A stretch of 64,000 bases of DNA, taken from Candidatus Niyogibacteria bacterium (lineage in GTDB: Bacteria > Patescibacteriota > Minisyncoccia > JACROR01). A program made the position numbers and the translations under genes. The notes beneath the pieces are model-generated. The model did no database searches and was not told the origin of the DNA. It was given only the letters and a program-made list of their open reading frames with translations. Positions 11,035-21,494 of the stretch are shown here, in pieces. How positions within the stretch are numbered: the stretch's first letter is position 1; each line of letters starts with the position of its first letter. The stretch lies in assembly GCA_016186495.1 (NCBI GenBank), contig JACPLO010000010.1:26905-90904 (forward strand). Reading direction: 5' to 3'.

Positions 11035-11406
11035 ATGGACGGAGACGAAAATCAAAGATTAATGGAGTTACAGCAAGCGCGGCTGGGAGCGCTGGAAACG
11101 GCAAAAACACCGGCGCAAGAAATGAAAGAAGCGCTTTCTTTCGGAAAAAAAGTTTCCGAACATTGGCTGATTTTGGGAATTGCCGCGCTTTTTGACCTTT
11201 TAGCTCTGATTCCTTTTGCCAGCGTTTTTTTTAATTTTTGTTTCGGCGGCGTTTTATTTTTTTATTTCGGGCCAAAAAGAAAACCGGGCGATTCGGAATT
11301 GGCAAAAATTTTTCTGCCGATAATGGCCGGCAGTATTTTTGATTTTTTTATCAGTATTCTGCCGATTAATATCGCCGCTGCCCTGATTAGAATCGCGCTG
11401 AGTTAA
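11035..11406 (+). CDS. Hypothetical membrane protein
   Basis: Hydrophobic ORF in operon. Confidence 0.65.
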   Translation: MDGDENQRLMELQQARLGALETAKTPAQEMKEALSFGKKVSEHWLILGIAALFDLLALIPFASVFFNFCFGGVLFFYFGPKRKPGDSELAKIFLPIMAGSIFDFFISILPINIAAALIRIALS

Positions 11407-11421
11407 TTGTTATAATAAAAT

Positions 11422-12405
11422 ATGCCGAATTATCGTAAAAATATCATTTTATTGCTTATTTTATTTATCCTTTTATCGCTGCCCGCTGAAATCAAGGCGA
11501 TCGGCGATGATTTTTTCATCACCTTTCTCCCCGATAATCCAACGCCGAATTCTCCGGTCACCGTTAAACTGAAAAGTTATCAGTTTGACGTTAACCGGGC
11601 GGCGATTACTTGGGAAGTTGACGGAAAAGTCATTGCCGGCGGATTAAGCGAAAAAACTATTCAGCTGACCAGTCCGGATTTAGGCAAAACTAAAAAACTC
11701 ATTGTTTATGTCACCACGGCTGACGGCATTCAAGCCAGCCAAACTTTTATTCTAAACGGCAACGATCTTGATTTTCTTTGGGAAGCGATGACCTCGGTGC
11801 CGGCCGGCTACAAAGGCAAAGCTCTTCCCAGCGCGGGATCAACCGTAAAAGTTTCCGCTATTCCTTATCTCTTTAAAGACAATAAAAAATTATCGCCGGA
11901 AAGTTTAGTTTACGAATGGTCGCTTGATTTTAATAAAAAAATCAGCGCCTCGGGCGCGGGAAAAGATTCTTTTACTTTTTCTCTTGACGGCAATCAAGAC
12001 CGCACAATCGTCTTAAAAGTTTCCGACCGCCTGGAAACAATCAGTTTTGAAAAAGGATTTACCATTTCCGGCGATAATACGCCGCCGGAAATCTTGTTTT
12101 ACGAAGAACATCCTCTGGAAGGGCCGATTTATCGCCGGGCGCTCCTCGAAGAAGTCAGCCTCCGCGCCAACGACTTGGCTCTGCGCGCCGAACCTTTTTA
12201 TTTTTCGCAAGAAAACATCGCTAACCTTTCCTATGAATGGAAAATGAACAATAAGCCGCTGGCTAACGAAGAAAGGCCGCGCGTTTTGAATCTTTTGGCG
12301 CCGGCCCAAAGCGCGGGAAAAACCGCGATTGAAGTTACGATTAAACATCCGGATAAATTTTTACAGTTTGCCGATGCGGCGCTTGATATAATTTTTGGAG
12401 AATAA
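11422..12405 (+). CDS. Exported beta-sandwich (Ig-like repeat) protein
   Basis: Signal peptide; repeated YEW/ITW strands. Confidence 0.65.
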   Translation: MPNYRKNIILLLILFILLSLPAEIKAIGDDFFITFLPDNPTPNSPVTVKLKSYQFDVNRAAITWEVDGKVIAGGLSEKTIQLTSPDLGKTKKLIVYVTTADGIQASQTFILNGNDLDFLWEAMTSVPAGYKGKALPSAGSTVKVSAIPYLFKDNKKLSPESLVYEWSLDFNKKISASGAGKDSFTFSLDGNQDRTIVLKVSDRLETISFEKGFTISGDNTPPEILFYEEHPLEGPIYRRALLEEVSLRANDLALRAEPFYFSQENIANLSYEWKMNNKPLANEERPRVLNLLAPAQSAGKTAIEVTIKHPDKFLQFADAALDIIFGE

Positions 12406-12413
12406 ACCTTGTC

Positions 12414-13007
12414 ATGAATAAATCAAAACAAATAATTTTAATAACAGTTTTGTTAGCCGCGATTTTCATTCCGCTGATTTTTGTTTCTAGCGCTTACACG
12501 CCAATGGAGCCGCTTCCCGGTATTAAAAAAGATACAGCGGTTAATCTAACCGACTATCTATCCGCTCTTTTTAAATATGCCATTACCGTGGCCGCGGTTT
12601 TAGCGGTCATAATGATTGTCATCGGCGGAATGCAGTATATCGGCGCCAGCGGCAACACCAGTGTGGTTGAAGACGCCAAAGACCGGATTTATTGGGCGAT
12701 TGTCGGCCTGATTTTAGCGCTCGGCTCCTGGCTGATTTTAAATACCATTAACCCAAATTTAAAAAACTTAGAATTAAAAGGAATAGAAAAGCAAAGTATA
12801 AAAGACATAACAACAACTGAACTCTTTAGTGAAATTAATGGAAATATTAGCACTGTTGAAAAAAAATCTGCTGAATATCAATGGAAGTCAGCACCTTATG
12901 GAAAAGATTGCGCTGATATTATACCGGGTTGTGTAGGCGTTGATTCAAAAAAATGTGGAGAAACAAAGCCCGCTGAAAAAAATATATGCTGTGCTTGTCC
13001 TAACTAA
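12414..13007 (+). CDS. CPR pilin (TrbC/VirB2-like) with Cys-rich C-terminus
   Basis: AV.MIVIGG.QY...GN......AK.RI..AIVGLILAL.SWLILNTINP motif. Confidence 0.85.
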   Translation: MNKSKQIILITVLLAAIFIPLIFVSSAYTPMEPLPGIKKDTAVNLTDYLSALFKYAITVAAVLAVIMIVIGGMQYIGASGNTSVVEDAKDRIYWAIVGLILALGSWLILNTINPNLKNLELKGIEKQSIKDITTTELFSEINGNISTVEKKSAEYQWKSAPYGKDCADIIPGCVGVDSKKCGETKPAEKNICCACPN

Positions 13008-13035
13008 TAATTTAATTTTATTTGTATTTTAATTT

Positions 13036-14208
13036 ATGATAACAAACCGCAAAAAAATAATTATTGTTGTTTCCGGCGCCGTTAGCCTGATTATTTTAGG
13101 ATTGATTTTGATTTACTTTTTACTTTTCCGAAGCGTGCCAACGGCGGAACGGGGAGTGATCGGCCGGCTGTTTCCCGCGGCTGAAGAAAAAGAACAATCA
13201 TTCGCTGAAACCATCCTTGGGACAGAACAAAAAGAGGAAAAAATCAAAAAAAGTTTAACCCAACTGACCACGGTCGCGGTCACCGGCTTAAAAGCAATTT
13301 CCAACGGCCGCGTGCGCTACCTGGAAAAAGCCACAGGCCATCTTTATGAAATAGGCGGCGACGGCGAAGAACGGGTGCGGATTTCCAACACCACGATTCC
13401 GAAAATATCCGACGCTTTCTGGTCCGCGGACGCGGACAAAGCAATTTTAAGCATTTTTGACGATGAAAACATTAAATATTTTTCCGCGGTTTTTACCGGC
13501 ACCAGTACCCAAGGAGTGTTTTTGCTTCCGGATATCAATCTCGGCGGATACGCGCCGCGAAAAGACCAGTTTTTATACGGCGCGGCAATCAACGGACGCA
13601 ATTCTTTAATTACCGCTGATCCGAAAAATGCCAAACAAACTAAAATTTACAGCACTCCTTTCGGCGATTTTTCAATCAGCTGGCCCGCGGAAAACGCGAT
13701 CAGCCTGCTGACCCGGCCTTCTGGAACAACCGAAGGTTATCTATATAAAATCAACCCGCAGACCGGCATTTTCAGCAAAATCATCGGCGGCTTAAGAGGA
13801 CTGGAAGCGCTTTGGTCTCCGGACGGAGAAAAAATTTTAATTTCCCAAATCTTGCCGGCTAACGGAGAAATAGTTTCTTCTCTTATTTCCGCTCAAGGAA
13901 AAGAAATTAGTTTAGGGCCGAAAACCATGGCTTCCAAATGCGCTTGGGCCGCCACCACCACGGCCAGCGTAATTTATTGCGGCGTTCCGGTTTATTTTCC
14001 AGCCGGCGTTTATCCCGATGATTGGTTTAAAGGAAAAATATCGTTTAACGACCGTTTGTTCAAAATAAACACCGCTTTTCCGGAAACAGGAGAAATTCTA
14101 ACGGAACAAACTTTTGACATAGAAAAAATAACTGTTGATCCAAAAAGCCACTATCTTTATTTCACGGATAAAAAAGACGAAACTTTATGGGGATTGAAAT
14201 TAGATTAA
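13036..14208 (+). CDS. Membrane-anchored beta-propeller (TolB-like) protein
   Basis: N-terminal TM; WS.D/WSPDG repeats. Confidence 0.65.
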   Translation: MITNRKKIIIVVSGAVSLIILGLILIYFLLFRSVPTAERGVIGRLFPAAEEKEQSFAETILGTEQKEEKIKKSLTQLTTVAVTGLKAISNGRVRYLEKATGHLYEIGGDGEERVRISNTTIPKISDAFWSADADKAILSIFDDENIKYFSAVFTGTSTQGVFLLPDINLGGYAPRKDQFLYGAAINGRNSLITADPKNAKQTKIYSTPFGDFSISWPAENAISLLTRPSGTTEGYLYKINPQTGIFSKIIGGLRGLEALWSPDGEKILISQILPANGEIVSSLISAQGKEISLGPKTMASKCAWAATTTASVIYCGVPVYFPAGVYPDDWFKGKISFNDRLFKINTAFPETGEILTEQTFDIEKITVDPKSHYLYFTDKKDETLWGLKLD

Positions 14209-14227
14209 CGCTTTTGAAATTGAAAAT

Positions 14228-14731
14228 TTATAAATATGGCTTGATAACCACCCGCCGATTAGGTTCTTCCCCAATGCTTTCCGTAAGAATATCCGGACAT
14301 TCGGTCAGAACAGAATGGATAACGCGCCGCTCATAAGCGTTCATCGGCGGCATTAAAATTTCTTTTTTAAAATATCTGACTTTCTGGGCGTTCATTTTAG
14401 CCATATCCTCCAAAGATTCATTTTTTTGTTTTTGGTAATCATTGACATCTAAAAAAAACTGAGGAACATCATCTTCAGTTATATTTATTTTGGCGATTTT
14501 TTTCACCAAATGATTTAAAGCCGCCAAGTTAGCGCCGTTATTTCCGATAAGCATTCCGGCATTTTTCGTTTTAAGGGTAAATCTAACGCCGGCTGAAGAA
14601 AAATTTTCTTCCACTTCCGCGATTATTCCCATTTTTTCAACCAAGATTCGGATAATTTCTTTGACTTGAGCGGAAATTTCTTTTTTAACCGGAATGGTCT
14701 GGGGGCGGAGCGGTTTGAGCAAATTGTCCAT
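14228..14731 (-). CDS. jag: Jag/EloR (KhpB) KH+R3H RNA-binding protein
   Basis: GMLIG..G..L.AL; PMNAYERRVIH; S.GEEPNRRVVI; downstream of yidC. Confidence 0.85.
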   Translation of the reverse strand: MDNLLKPLRPQTIPVKKEISAQVKEIIRILVEKMGIIAEVEENFSSAGVRFTLKTKNAGMLIGNNGANLAALNHLVKKIAKINITEDDVPQFFLDVNDYQKQKNESLEDMAKMNAQKVRYFKKEILMPPMNAYERRVIHSVLTECPDILTESIGEEPNRRVVIKPYL

Positions 14732-15452
14732 ATTGTATTTTTTTTGCTTTATATCTTACGATGCCTTCGTGAATTATAGTAAAAATATTCGTTGTTGTCC
14801 AATACAAAGCCACGGCCGCCGGAAAATTATAAGCAAAAATTCCGATAAAAACCGGCAGAACGTAAATCATCTGAATTTTCATCGCGCGGCTGAAATCTCC
14901 CTTTAAAGATTCGTTTGATTTTTTTTCAGAAGAAAAAGACGGCGGCTGCGTTAATTTTGCCTGAATAAATTGGGATAAGCCGGCGGTAATCGCTAAAAAT
15001 AAGCTGGCCGCGCCCAAATCAATCAATCCCAAGAATTTCATCCGCGTTATTTCAGGAAAAGCAATAAAAGAATAAAGATGGCCTTGCGTTAAATTTAAAC
15101 CTCGCCAAAAAAGACGATAAAGAGCGATTAAAATAGGAAATTGAACAAATAACACTAAAAATCCGGAGAAAGGATTTATGCCGTGTTGGCGATAAAGTTC
15201 CATTATTTTTTTAGCCTGCTCTTCTTTATTCGGATGTCTGGCCCGCAATTCTTTTATTTCCGGCTCAATCTCTTTCATTTTAAATTGAGTTTTAATTGAA
15301 TGATGAGTTAAAGGAAAAAGAGCGCTTCTGATTAAAACTGTCAGCCCGATAATCGCCAAACCCGCATCGCGCCCGGGCATAATGCTGATTAAAAAAATTA
15401 AAGCGTTAAAAAGAGGGCGGGAGAGAAATTCGGTATAAATAAAAGAAAACAT
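14685..15452 (-). CDS. yidC: Membrane protein insertase YidC/Oxa1
   Basis: GLAII.LTVLIR..LFPL; INP.SG.L...VQFPI; LYW. Confidence 0.95.
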   Translation of the reverse strand: MFSFIYTEFLSRPLFNALIFLISIMPGRDAGLAIIGLTVLIRSALFPLTHHSIKTQFKMKEIEPEIKELRARHPNKEEQAKKIMELYRQHGINPFSGFLVLFVQFPILIALYRLFWRGLNLTQGHLYSFIAFPEITRMKFLGLIDLGAASLFLAITAGLSQFIQAKLTQPPSFSSEKKSNESLKGDFSRAMKIQMIYVLPVFIGIFAYNFPAAVALYWTTTNIFTIIHEGIVRYKAKKIQYGQFAQTAPPPDHSG

Positions 15453-15462
15453 AATTTCCTGA

Positions 15463-15800
15463 TTATTTTAATAATTTTGCTTTTTTAAAAATTTCTAAAA
15501 TATTTTTTTCAAGTTCAAGATAAGAAAGTTCGGTTGCTCCTTTTTTAAAAACTAAAATTATTGCCCCGCCTTCTTTTAAATCAGGCAAATAACGCCTGAT
15601 AATGGAATAAGAACGTCTTCTTAATTTATTTCTCGCCACGGCTTTTTGCCGGCCTTTTTTGAAATCACGCAGGCAAACTTGCTGTGATCTCGGCTGATTT
15701 TCAGATAAACCGTCAAATAATCGGTGAAAAATCTCTTCCCGGTCCGATAAATAAGAAAAAAAACATCCCTGCCTTTCAGTTTGCGGGATTTAGGCAGCAT
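15463..15800 (-). CDS. rnpA: RNase P protein; single-base frameshift at ~15643-15647
   Basis: MLPKSRKL...VISKKAG-K|KAVARNKLRRR; length is 338 nt, one short of in-frame; lies between rpmH and yidC. Confidence 0.85.
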
Positions 15801-15806
15801 AAAAAA

Positions 15807-15941
15807 CTAAACCGCCAGCCGTTGACGCCCCTTTCTTCTTCTTTTTTTAATAATTTTACGGCCGCTGGTATTTTTTTTTCTTTTTAAAAAACCATGAGTG
15901 CGAGCGCGTTTTCTTTTTTTAGGCTGATAAGTAATAGACAT
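15807..15941 (-). CDS. rpmH: 50S ribosomal protein L34
   Basis: [44 protein letters not shown]. Confidence 0.97.
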   Translation of the reverse strand: MSITYQPKKRKRARTHGFLKRKKNTSGRKIIKKRRRKGRQRLAV

Positions 15942-15986
15942 ATAAATACTATACAATATATCAGATTTAAAAACAATTTTTACAGG

Positions 15987-15995
15987 TTATCCACA
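15987..15995 (+). promoter_or_regulatory. DnaA box in the rpmH-dnaA intergenic region
   Basis: Perfect TTATCCACA. Confidence 0.85.
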
Positions 15996-16107
15996 TTATA
16001 TTAAGATTTTATGATGGTTTTTAATAAAAACAAACATTTGTCTAAACCGGATTTTAATTAGATAATTAAAAAATCAACATTGTAAAAAAATAATTGAAAA
16101 ATAAATC

Positions 16108-17475
16108 ATGACCAATGAAGAACTTTGGAAAGCGGCTTTAAATGAAATTGAACTGGAAGTTTCAAGAGCTAATTTTATTACCTGGTTTAAAAATACGCAG
16201 ATTGCTGAAAATAAAGAAGGGGTTATCACCATTAACGTTCCCAATACTTTTATTAAAGAATGGCTGGAAGATAAATACCAAAAATTAATCTTAAAATCTT
16301 TACGCAATTATCATCAGGAAATTAGAAATATTTCTTACAATATTGTCGCGCACGCCAATCCTAATCTTAATATGAATTACTTGCTTCTTAAAAAACAGAA
16401 ATCCGCTCCTCTGCCGGAAACCCAGCTGGAATTTAAAGAATTTCAAAATAATAATGAAACCGGCCTTAATCACCGTTACACTCTTGATTCTTTTATCGTG
16501 GGATCTTTTAATGAATTAGCGCACGCCGCTTCCGTGGCGGTCACAAAAAATATCGGCACTCTTTATAATCCTCTTTTTATTTATGGCGGCGTGGGACTTG
16601 GAAAAACCCATCTTATCCAGGCAACCGGAAATGAAATTAAAAAAAACAATCCCGCGGCTAAAATAAAATATGTGACTTCTGAAAAATTTACCAGTGAAGT
16701 GGTGGATGCCATCCAAAAAAACGAAATGCCGGCTTTTAAAACAAAATATCGGGGATATGATGTTTTAATCATTGACGACGTCCAATTTTTTTCCCGAACC
16801 GTTCAGGGGCAAGAACAGCTTTTTCACACTTTCAACACTCTTTATGACAGCAACAAGCAAATAATTTTATCCGCCGACCGTCCGCCGCGCTCAATCGGCG
16901 ACATTGAAGAAAGATTAAGATCACGTTTTGAAGGCGGGATTATGACCGACGTTTCCGAACCGGAATATGAATCAAGGTTAGCAATTTTAAAAGTAAAAAG
17001 TTCCGCTAAAAATCACTATCTTTTAGATGAAACTTTGGAATATATTGCCTCCAGCGTTAAACATAATATCAGGGAATTGGAGGGAGCTTTAACTTTAGTG
17101 ATCGCTAAAGAAAAATTAATAGGCCGTCCTTTGAATTTAGACCAAGTAAAAGAAATTTTAAATAAAAACACTCAGCCAAAAAAACTTTTAACCGCGACGC
17201 AAATTATTAAAACCGTGGCTAATTATTATAATATTGAAGAAAAAAATTTATTTAAAAAAACCAGAAAAAAAGAAATAGTCAAACCCCGCCAAGTGGCGAT
17301 GTATCTTTTACGCGAAGATTTTAACGGCTCTTATCCTTATATCGGCCAAAAATTCGGCGGGCGCGACCACACCACCGCCATTCATTCTTGCGAAAAAATT
17401 ATTGAAGATTTAAAAAAAGATGAGCGTTTAATAGAAGAAATAAAAAAAATAAGAGAAATCCTTTACACTAATTAA
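16108..17475 (+). CDS. dnaA: Chromosomal replication initiator DnaA
   Basis: YNPLFIYGGVGLGKTHL, IDDVQF, RLRSRF, GGRDHTT. Confidence 0.99.
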   Translation: MTNEELWKAALNEIELEVSRANFITWFKNTQIAENKEGVITINVPNTFIKEWLEDKYQKLILKSLRNYHQEIRNISYNIVAHANPNLNMNYLLLKKQKSAPLPETQLEFKEFQNNNETGLNHRYTLDSFIVGSFNELAHAASVAVTKNIGTLYNPLFIYGGVGLGKTHLIQATGNEIKKNNPAAKIKYVTSEKFTSEVVDAIQKNEMPAFKTKYRGYDVLIIDDVQFFSRTVQGQEQLFHTFNTLYDSNKQIILSADRPPRSIGDIEERLRSRFEGGIMTDVSEPEYESRLAILKVKSSAKNHYLLDETLEYIASSVKHNIRELEGALTLVIAKEKLIGRPLNLDQVKEILNKNTQPKKLLTATQIIKTVANYYNIEEKNLFKKTRKKEIVKPRQVAMYLLREDFNGSYPYIGQKFGGRDHTTAIHSCEKIIEDLKKDERLIEEIKKIREILYTN

Positions 17476-17759
17476 AAATATAAGTAAATTTATTATAAAA
17501 TATTTTTAATAAAACATAGTAAAAAGTGTTGAAAAATATGTTAATAAATTATTTAAAAAATAAAAAACAATAATTTAATTTAAATAAAAATTAATTTTTT
17601 AAAAAAAATCTTCTTATTTTCCCCAAGTTATTAATAAAATAAATAATTAAAAACATTAAAATTAAAGGTTAATTTAAACATTTCCCCATTTCCACAGTTT
17701 TATATATAATAATAATAATTTTTAATTTAAAATTAATTAATTAATTATTATAAATAATT
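17476..17759. other. Probable oriC (dnaA-dnaN intergenic region)
   Basis: Extremely AT-rich; degenerate DnaA boxes (TTTTCCCCA, ATTTCCCCA, ATTTCCACA) followed by an AT-only tract. Confidence 0.75.
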
Positions 17760-18860
17760 ATGAAAATTACTTGTTTTAAAAATCATCTGAAAGAAAAATT
17801 ATTTTTTGCGGAAAAAAATGCCGCTAAAATTTCCAATATACCGGTTTTAAGCGGTGTTTATTTAGAAACTGATAAAAATAGTTTAAAAATAATTTCCACT
17901 AATTTAGAAACCGGTTTTGAAGCGGTGATTCCCGCTAAAATTCATCAAGAAGGTAAAATAATAATTCCGGCTAAGATAATAACACAATTAATTAATACTT
18001 TATCTGATGAAAAAATAACTTTAGAATCAATCGGACAAAATATTAATCTCTCAACTGAAAAAATTTCCAGTTTAATAAAAGGATATCCTCTTGAAGATTT
18101 TCCTAGTTTGCCTAAAATAAAAAAATCTTATATTTTTACCATTTCTTCCCAAGAATTAAATCAAGGATTAAAATTAGTTTGCAATGCCGCTTCTAATTCT
18201 GGTTTAAAACCAGAAATCGCCAGTATTCTTTTTTATATTCAAAATAAAAATCCTTTAAAATTAGTGGCCACTGATTCTTTTCGTTTAGCGGAAAAAACTT
18301 TAAACTGCGCGGTAAAAAACGCGGAATCTTTTATTTTACCGATAAAAAGCGCGGTTGAAATTATTAAATTATTAGAAAATAAAGAAGAAGATATTCAAAT
18401 TTCTTTTAATCTGAATCAAATAAATTTTTCCGGAAAAGATTTTAATTTTATTTCCCGTTTAATTGAAGGTGTTTTTCCGAGTTATGAATCAATTATTCCA
18501 AAAAAATTCTGCACCGAGGTGTTGATAAAAAAAGACCAGTTAATTGACGCTTTTCGTTCCGCCAGTATTTTTTCCAGTTATTTAAATGAAATAACTTTAA
18601 ATATCGTTCCGGAGGATAATTTAATGGAAATCAGAACTAAATCCGGAGAAATAGGGGAGCACACCTCGCAATTAAACGTTAAAATAACCGGCGAAAAAAT
18701 CAGTTTAAATTTTAATTATTATTATCTTTTAGACGGTCTTCAGAATATCAATCATTCCGAGGTTTTACTTAGGTTTAGCGGTGAAAATCATCCGCTTTTA
18801 ATTCAATTTCCCGGCGACTCTTCTTATTTTTATCTGGTGATGCCGATGAAAAATACTTAA
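17760..18860 (+). CDS. dnaN: DNA polymerase III beta clamp
   Basis: STNLE, VATDSFRLAE, SRLIEG.FP.Y, LVMPM; follows dnaA. Confidence 0.97.
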   Translation: MKITCFKNHLKEKLFFAEKNAAKISNIPVLSGVYLETDKNSLKIISTNLETGFEAVIPAKIHQEGKIIIPAKIITQLINTLSDEKITLESIGQNINLSTEKISSLIKGYPLEDFPSLPKIKKSYIFTISSQELNQGLKLVCNAASNSGLKPEIASILFYIQNKNPLKLVATDSFRLAEKTLNCAVKNAESFILPIKSAVEIIKLLENKEEDIQISFNLNQINFSGKDFNFISRLIEGVFPSYESIIPKKFCTEVLIKKDQLIDAFRSASIFSSYLNEITLNIVPEDNLMEIRTKSGEIGEHTSQLNVKITGEKISLNFNYYYLLDGLQNINHSEVLLRFSGENHPLLIQFPGDSSYFYLVMPMKNT

Positions 18861-18885
18861 AACCAGTCTTAAAAATAACTTTTAA

Positions 18886-21441
18886 TTATTTTTCAAAAAC
18901 AAAAGGATATTCCAGAATTTTCTTATTGCCCGCTTCATCATAAGCTTTAATGATCAGATTGGCTTTTTCGGAAAAATAATTTCTGGCTGTAAAATCATAA
19001 GATAATTCATAAGGCGGCATTTTTTTAGAGCCTAAAAAAATGCCGTCTAAAAAGAAATCAACCTGAATAATTTTAAAATAACTTTGGATTTCCGTTTTAA
19101 CGTAAAAATTATTCCGTGAAACTAATTCATTTTTTTTCGGAAAAATAAGATTAATTTTTGGCTGATATTCCGGTTTGTGAACATCGTCAAATTCTTTAGG
19201 CAGACTTTCGTTTGTTTCTTCTGAAATATTTTGAGCAGCCGCCCATTTTCTGATGGGAAATTCCCATAGTTTAAATTGCGGATCATTTTCAGGATTAACG
19301 GATTCGGAACCGAGGGGGTTGTTTTTATCCAACCAATAAAGAATTGAATGGATTTGAGTCAGAATTTTTTCTTCAATCGTTTCCGGCGGCGTAAAATTAG
19401 TGGCTAATTTTTTTGAAATTTTATCAATAAAATAAATTTCTCCTCCTTGCCACCGGCCTTTAAGAACCGGTTTGGTTGCGGAATTTTCTTTTGCTTTTTT
19501 AAATTCTTCTTTAGGCAGTTCTTTTAAAACTTCTTTCATAAACGCGTTCCACATCGGCGCCACGATAAAGCCCGCCACTTTTTTTTCCATCGCGGAGTTA
19601 TTGTTGTTTCCCACCCATGCGCCCAGCGCGAAATTCGGCGCGTAGCCGATAATCCACGCGTCGCGATAATCGTTGGTGGTGCCGGTTTTAGCCGCCACCG
19701 GCCGGTCGGGAAAATAAAGCCAGGAGTTTTCTCCGAAAGCGGGAGTGCGCGCTTTATTGTCCGAAAGCACGTCGTTGATCAGGCGGGCGACTTGTTCATC
19801 CAAAATTCTTTTTTCTTCCGGCTGATGTTCTTCTAAAATTTTTCCATCGGCGCTTTCCACTTTTTTTATGAAATAAGGAGAAGTTTTTACGCCGTCATTC
19901 GCAAAAACAGCGTAAGCGCCGACCATTTCCAAAAGTTTAACTTCGCCGCCGCCCAAAACCAACGTTAAGCCGTATCTTTGAGGATCGGTCAGGGTGGTGA
20001 TGCCCATTTCCCGCGCGGTTTTTATGGTATCCGTTAAACCGGCCAGATATAAAGTTTTTACCGACGGCAAATTAATGGATTGAGCCAACGCTTCTCTCAT
20101 TGTGACCGTCCCCCGAAAAATATTGTCATAATTTATCGGATGATAGCATTTGTCTTCGTAGTCCGGATTTTTAGCTAAAATTTCGGCGGTTATTTTTTCC
20201 TGGATTTTTACATCAGGATCGCAGTCGGGATTAAATTCCGTCGGCAGGTCAAAAAGCGCCGTTTCAGGAGTATATCCTTTTTTAAATGCCGTGGCGTAAG
20301 CAAAGGGCTTGAAAGCCGAGCCGGGCTGGCGCCGGGCAAGAGCGGCGTTAAAATTTCCTTCAAAAAAACAGTTAACGCCGGGAGAACATCCTTTCGGTTC
20401 CGGCTCCGCAAAATAATCTTTTGATCCGACTATTGCCAAAACCGCGCCGGTTTTAGGATCAATAGCGGCCAGCGCGGCGTTAAAAGCGTTGAATTTATTT
20501 TTATTTTCTTCAGCGTATTGTTTTACGATTTTTTCGGCTTTTTTCTGAAAATCCCAGTTAAGGGTAGTGTCAACTTTCAATCCGCCGCTGGAAACCATTT
20601 CTTCTCCATATTTTTCTTCCAGATATTTTTTTACCATTATCGTAAAATGCGGCGCTCTCATGGTTTCATCTTCGTTTTTGTTTAAAAATTCAACTTTTTC
20701 TTTTTGGCCGGCTTCTTTTTCTTCCTGGCTGATGAAACCAAGGATCGCCATTCTTTCCAAAACGAGATTTTTCCTTTTTTCCAATTCGTCCTGATGATAG
20801 CCGTAAGGCGAATAATAACTGGGCGCTTTAGGCAAAGCCGCGAGGTAAGCGGCTTGAGCTAAATCAAGATCTTCGGCGTTTTTGGCAAAAAAAGTTTGGG
20901 CCGCGGCTTCTATTCCATAACTGCTTAAGCCGTAAGGAATTTCATTTAAATAAAGTTCAAGAATTTTTTCTTTGGAATATTGTTTTTCTATCTTAAGCGT
21001 TAAAATAAGTTCTTTTAATTTACGGGTTAAAGTGCGCTCCGGCGTTAAAAAACTGTTTTTTACCAATTGCTGGGTGATGGTTGAGCCGCCTTGAGTAATT
21101 TTACCCGCCGTAAAGTTGGCGATAAAAGCCCGGCCAATGGAGAAAAAATCAATTCCCCAATGATAGTAAAAATTATCGTCTTCAATGGCCACGGTGGCAT
21201 TTTTAATATGGCGGGGAATTTTGGAAAAAGGAATCAATGTTCTTTTTATGTCCTGATGAACGTCATATAAAAGCGTTTTACCGCTTTGATCGTAAATTTT
21301 CGTGGACTGCACGATTTTTCTTTCCAAAAGAGCGTTAAAATCCGGAATTTTAACGCTTAAAGCCAAAACGCCTAAAAAACCGGCGGAAGCGGCGCCGATG
21401 ATCAGGCCGGACAGAAAGATTTTTTTTGCCAGAAACTTCAT
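18886..21441 (-). CDS. Class A penicillin-binding protein (PBP1A family)
   Basis: EDDNFYYH.G, QGGSTITQQLVKN, RQPGSAFKP, SIN, KTGTT. Confidence 0.95.
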   Translation of the reverse strand: MKFLAKKIFLSGLIIGAASAGFLGVLALSVKIPDFNALLERKIVQSTKIYDQSGKTLLYDVHQDIKRTLIPFSKIPRHIKNATVAIEDDNFYYHWGIDFFSIGRAFIANFTAGKITQGGSTITQQLVKNSFLTPERTLTRKLKELILTLKIEKQYSKEKILELYLNEIPYGLSSYGIEAAAQTFFAKNAEDLDLAQAAYLAALPKAPSYYSPYGYHQDELEKRKNLVLERMAILGFISQEEKEAGQKEKVEFLNKNEDETMRAPHFTIMVKKYLEEKYGEEMVSSGGLKVDTTLNWDFQKKAEKIVKQYAEENKNKFNAFNAALAAIDPKTGAVLAIVGSKDYFAEPEPKGCSPGVNCFFEGNFNAALARRQPGSAFKPFAYATAFKKGYTPETALFDLPTEFNPDCDPDVKIQEKITAEILAKNPDYEDKCYHPINYDNIFRGTVTMREALAQSINLPSVKTLYLAGLTDTIKTAREMGITTLTDPQRYGLTLVLGGGEVKLLEMVGAYAVFANDGVKTSPYFIKKVESADGKILEEHQPEEKRILDEQVARLINDVLSDNKARTPAFGENSWLYFPDRPVAAKTGTTNDYRDAWIIGYAPNFALGAWVGNNNNSAMEKKVAGFIVAPMWNAFMKEVLKELPKEEFKKAKENSATKPVLKGRWQGGEIYFIDKISKKLATNFTPPETIEEKILTQIHSILYWLDKNNPLGSESVNPENDPQFKLWEFPIRKWAAAQNISEETNESLPKEFDDVHKPEYQPKINLIFPKKNELVSRNNFYVKTEIQSYFKIIQVDFFLDGIFLGSKKMPPYELSYDFTARNYFSEKANLIIKAYDEAGNKKILEYPFVFEK

Positions 21442-21494
21442 TTAATTATATACTAACATACATACTGGCGGAGGAATTATCAAGCGATTGATTT

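Noticed and set aside
1025-14208. Operon as an ICE or conjugative element
   Set aside because: No integrase, relaxase, coupling protein or att sites are visible, and the composition matches the host
15463-15800. rnpA as a true pseudogene
   Set aside because: There is only one homopolymer indel and the RNR motif is intact; the same error type occurs in rpmB
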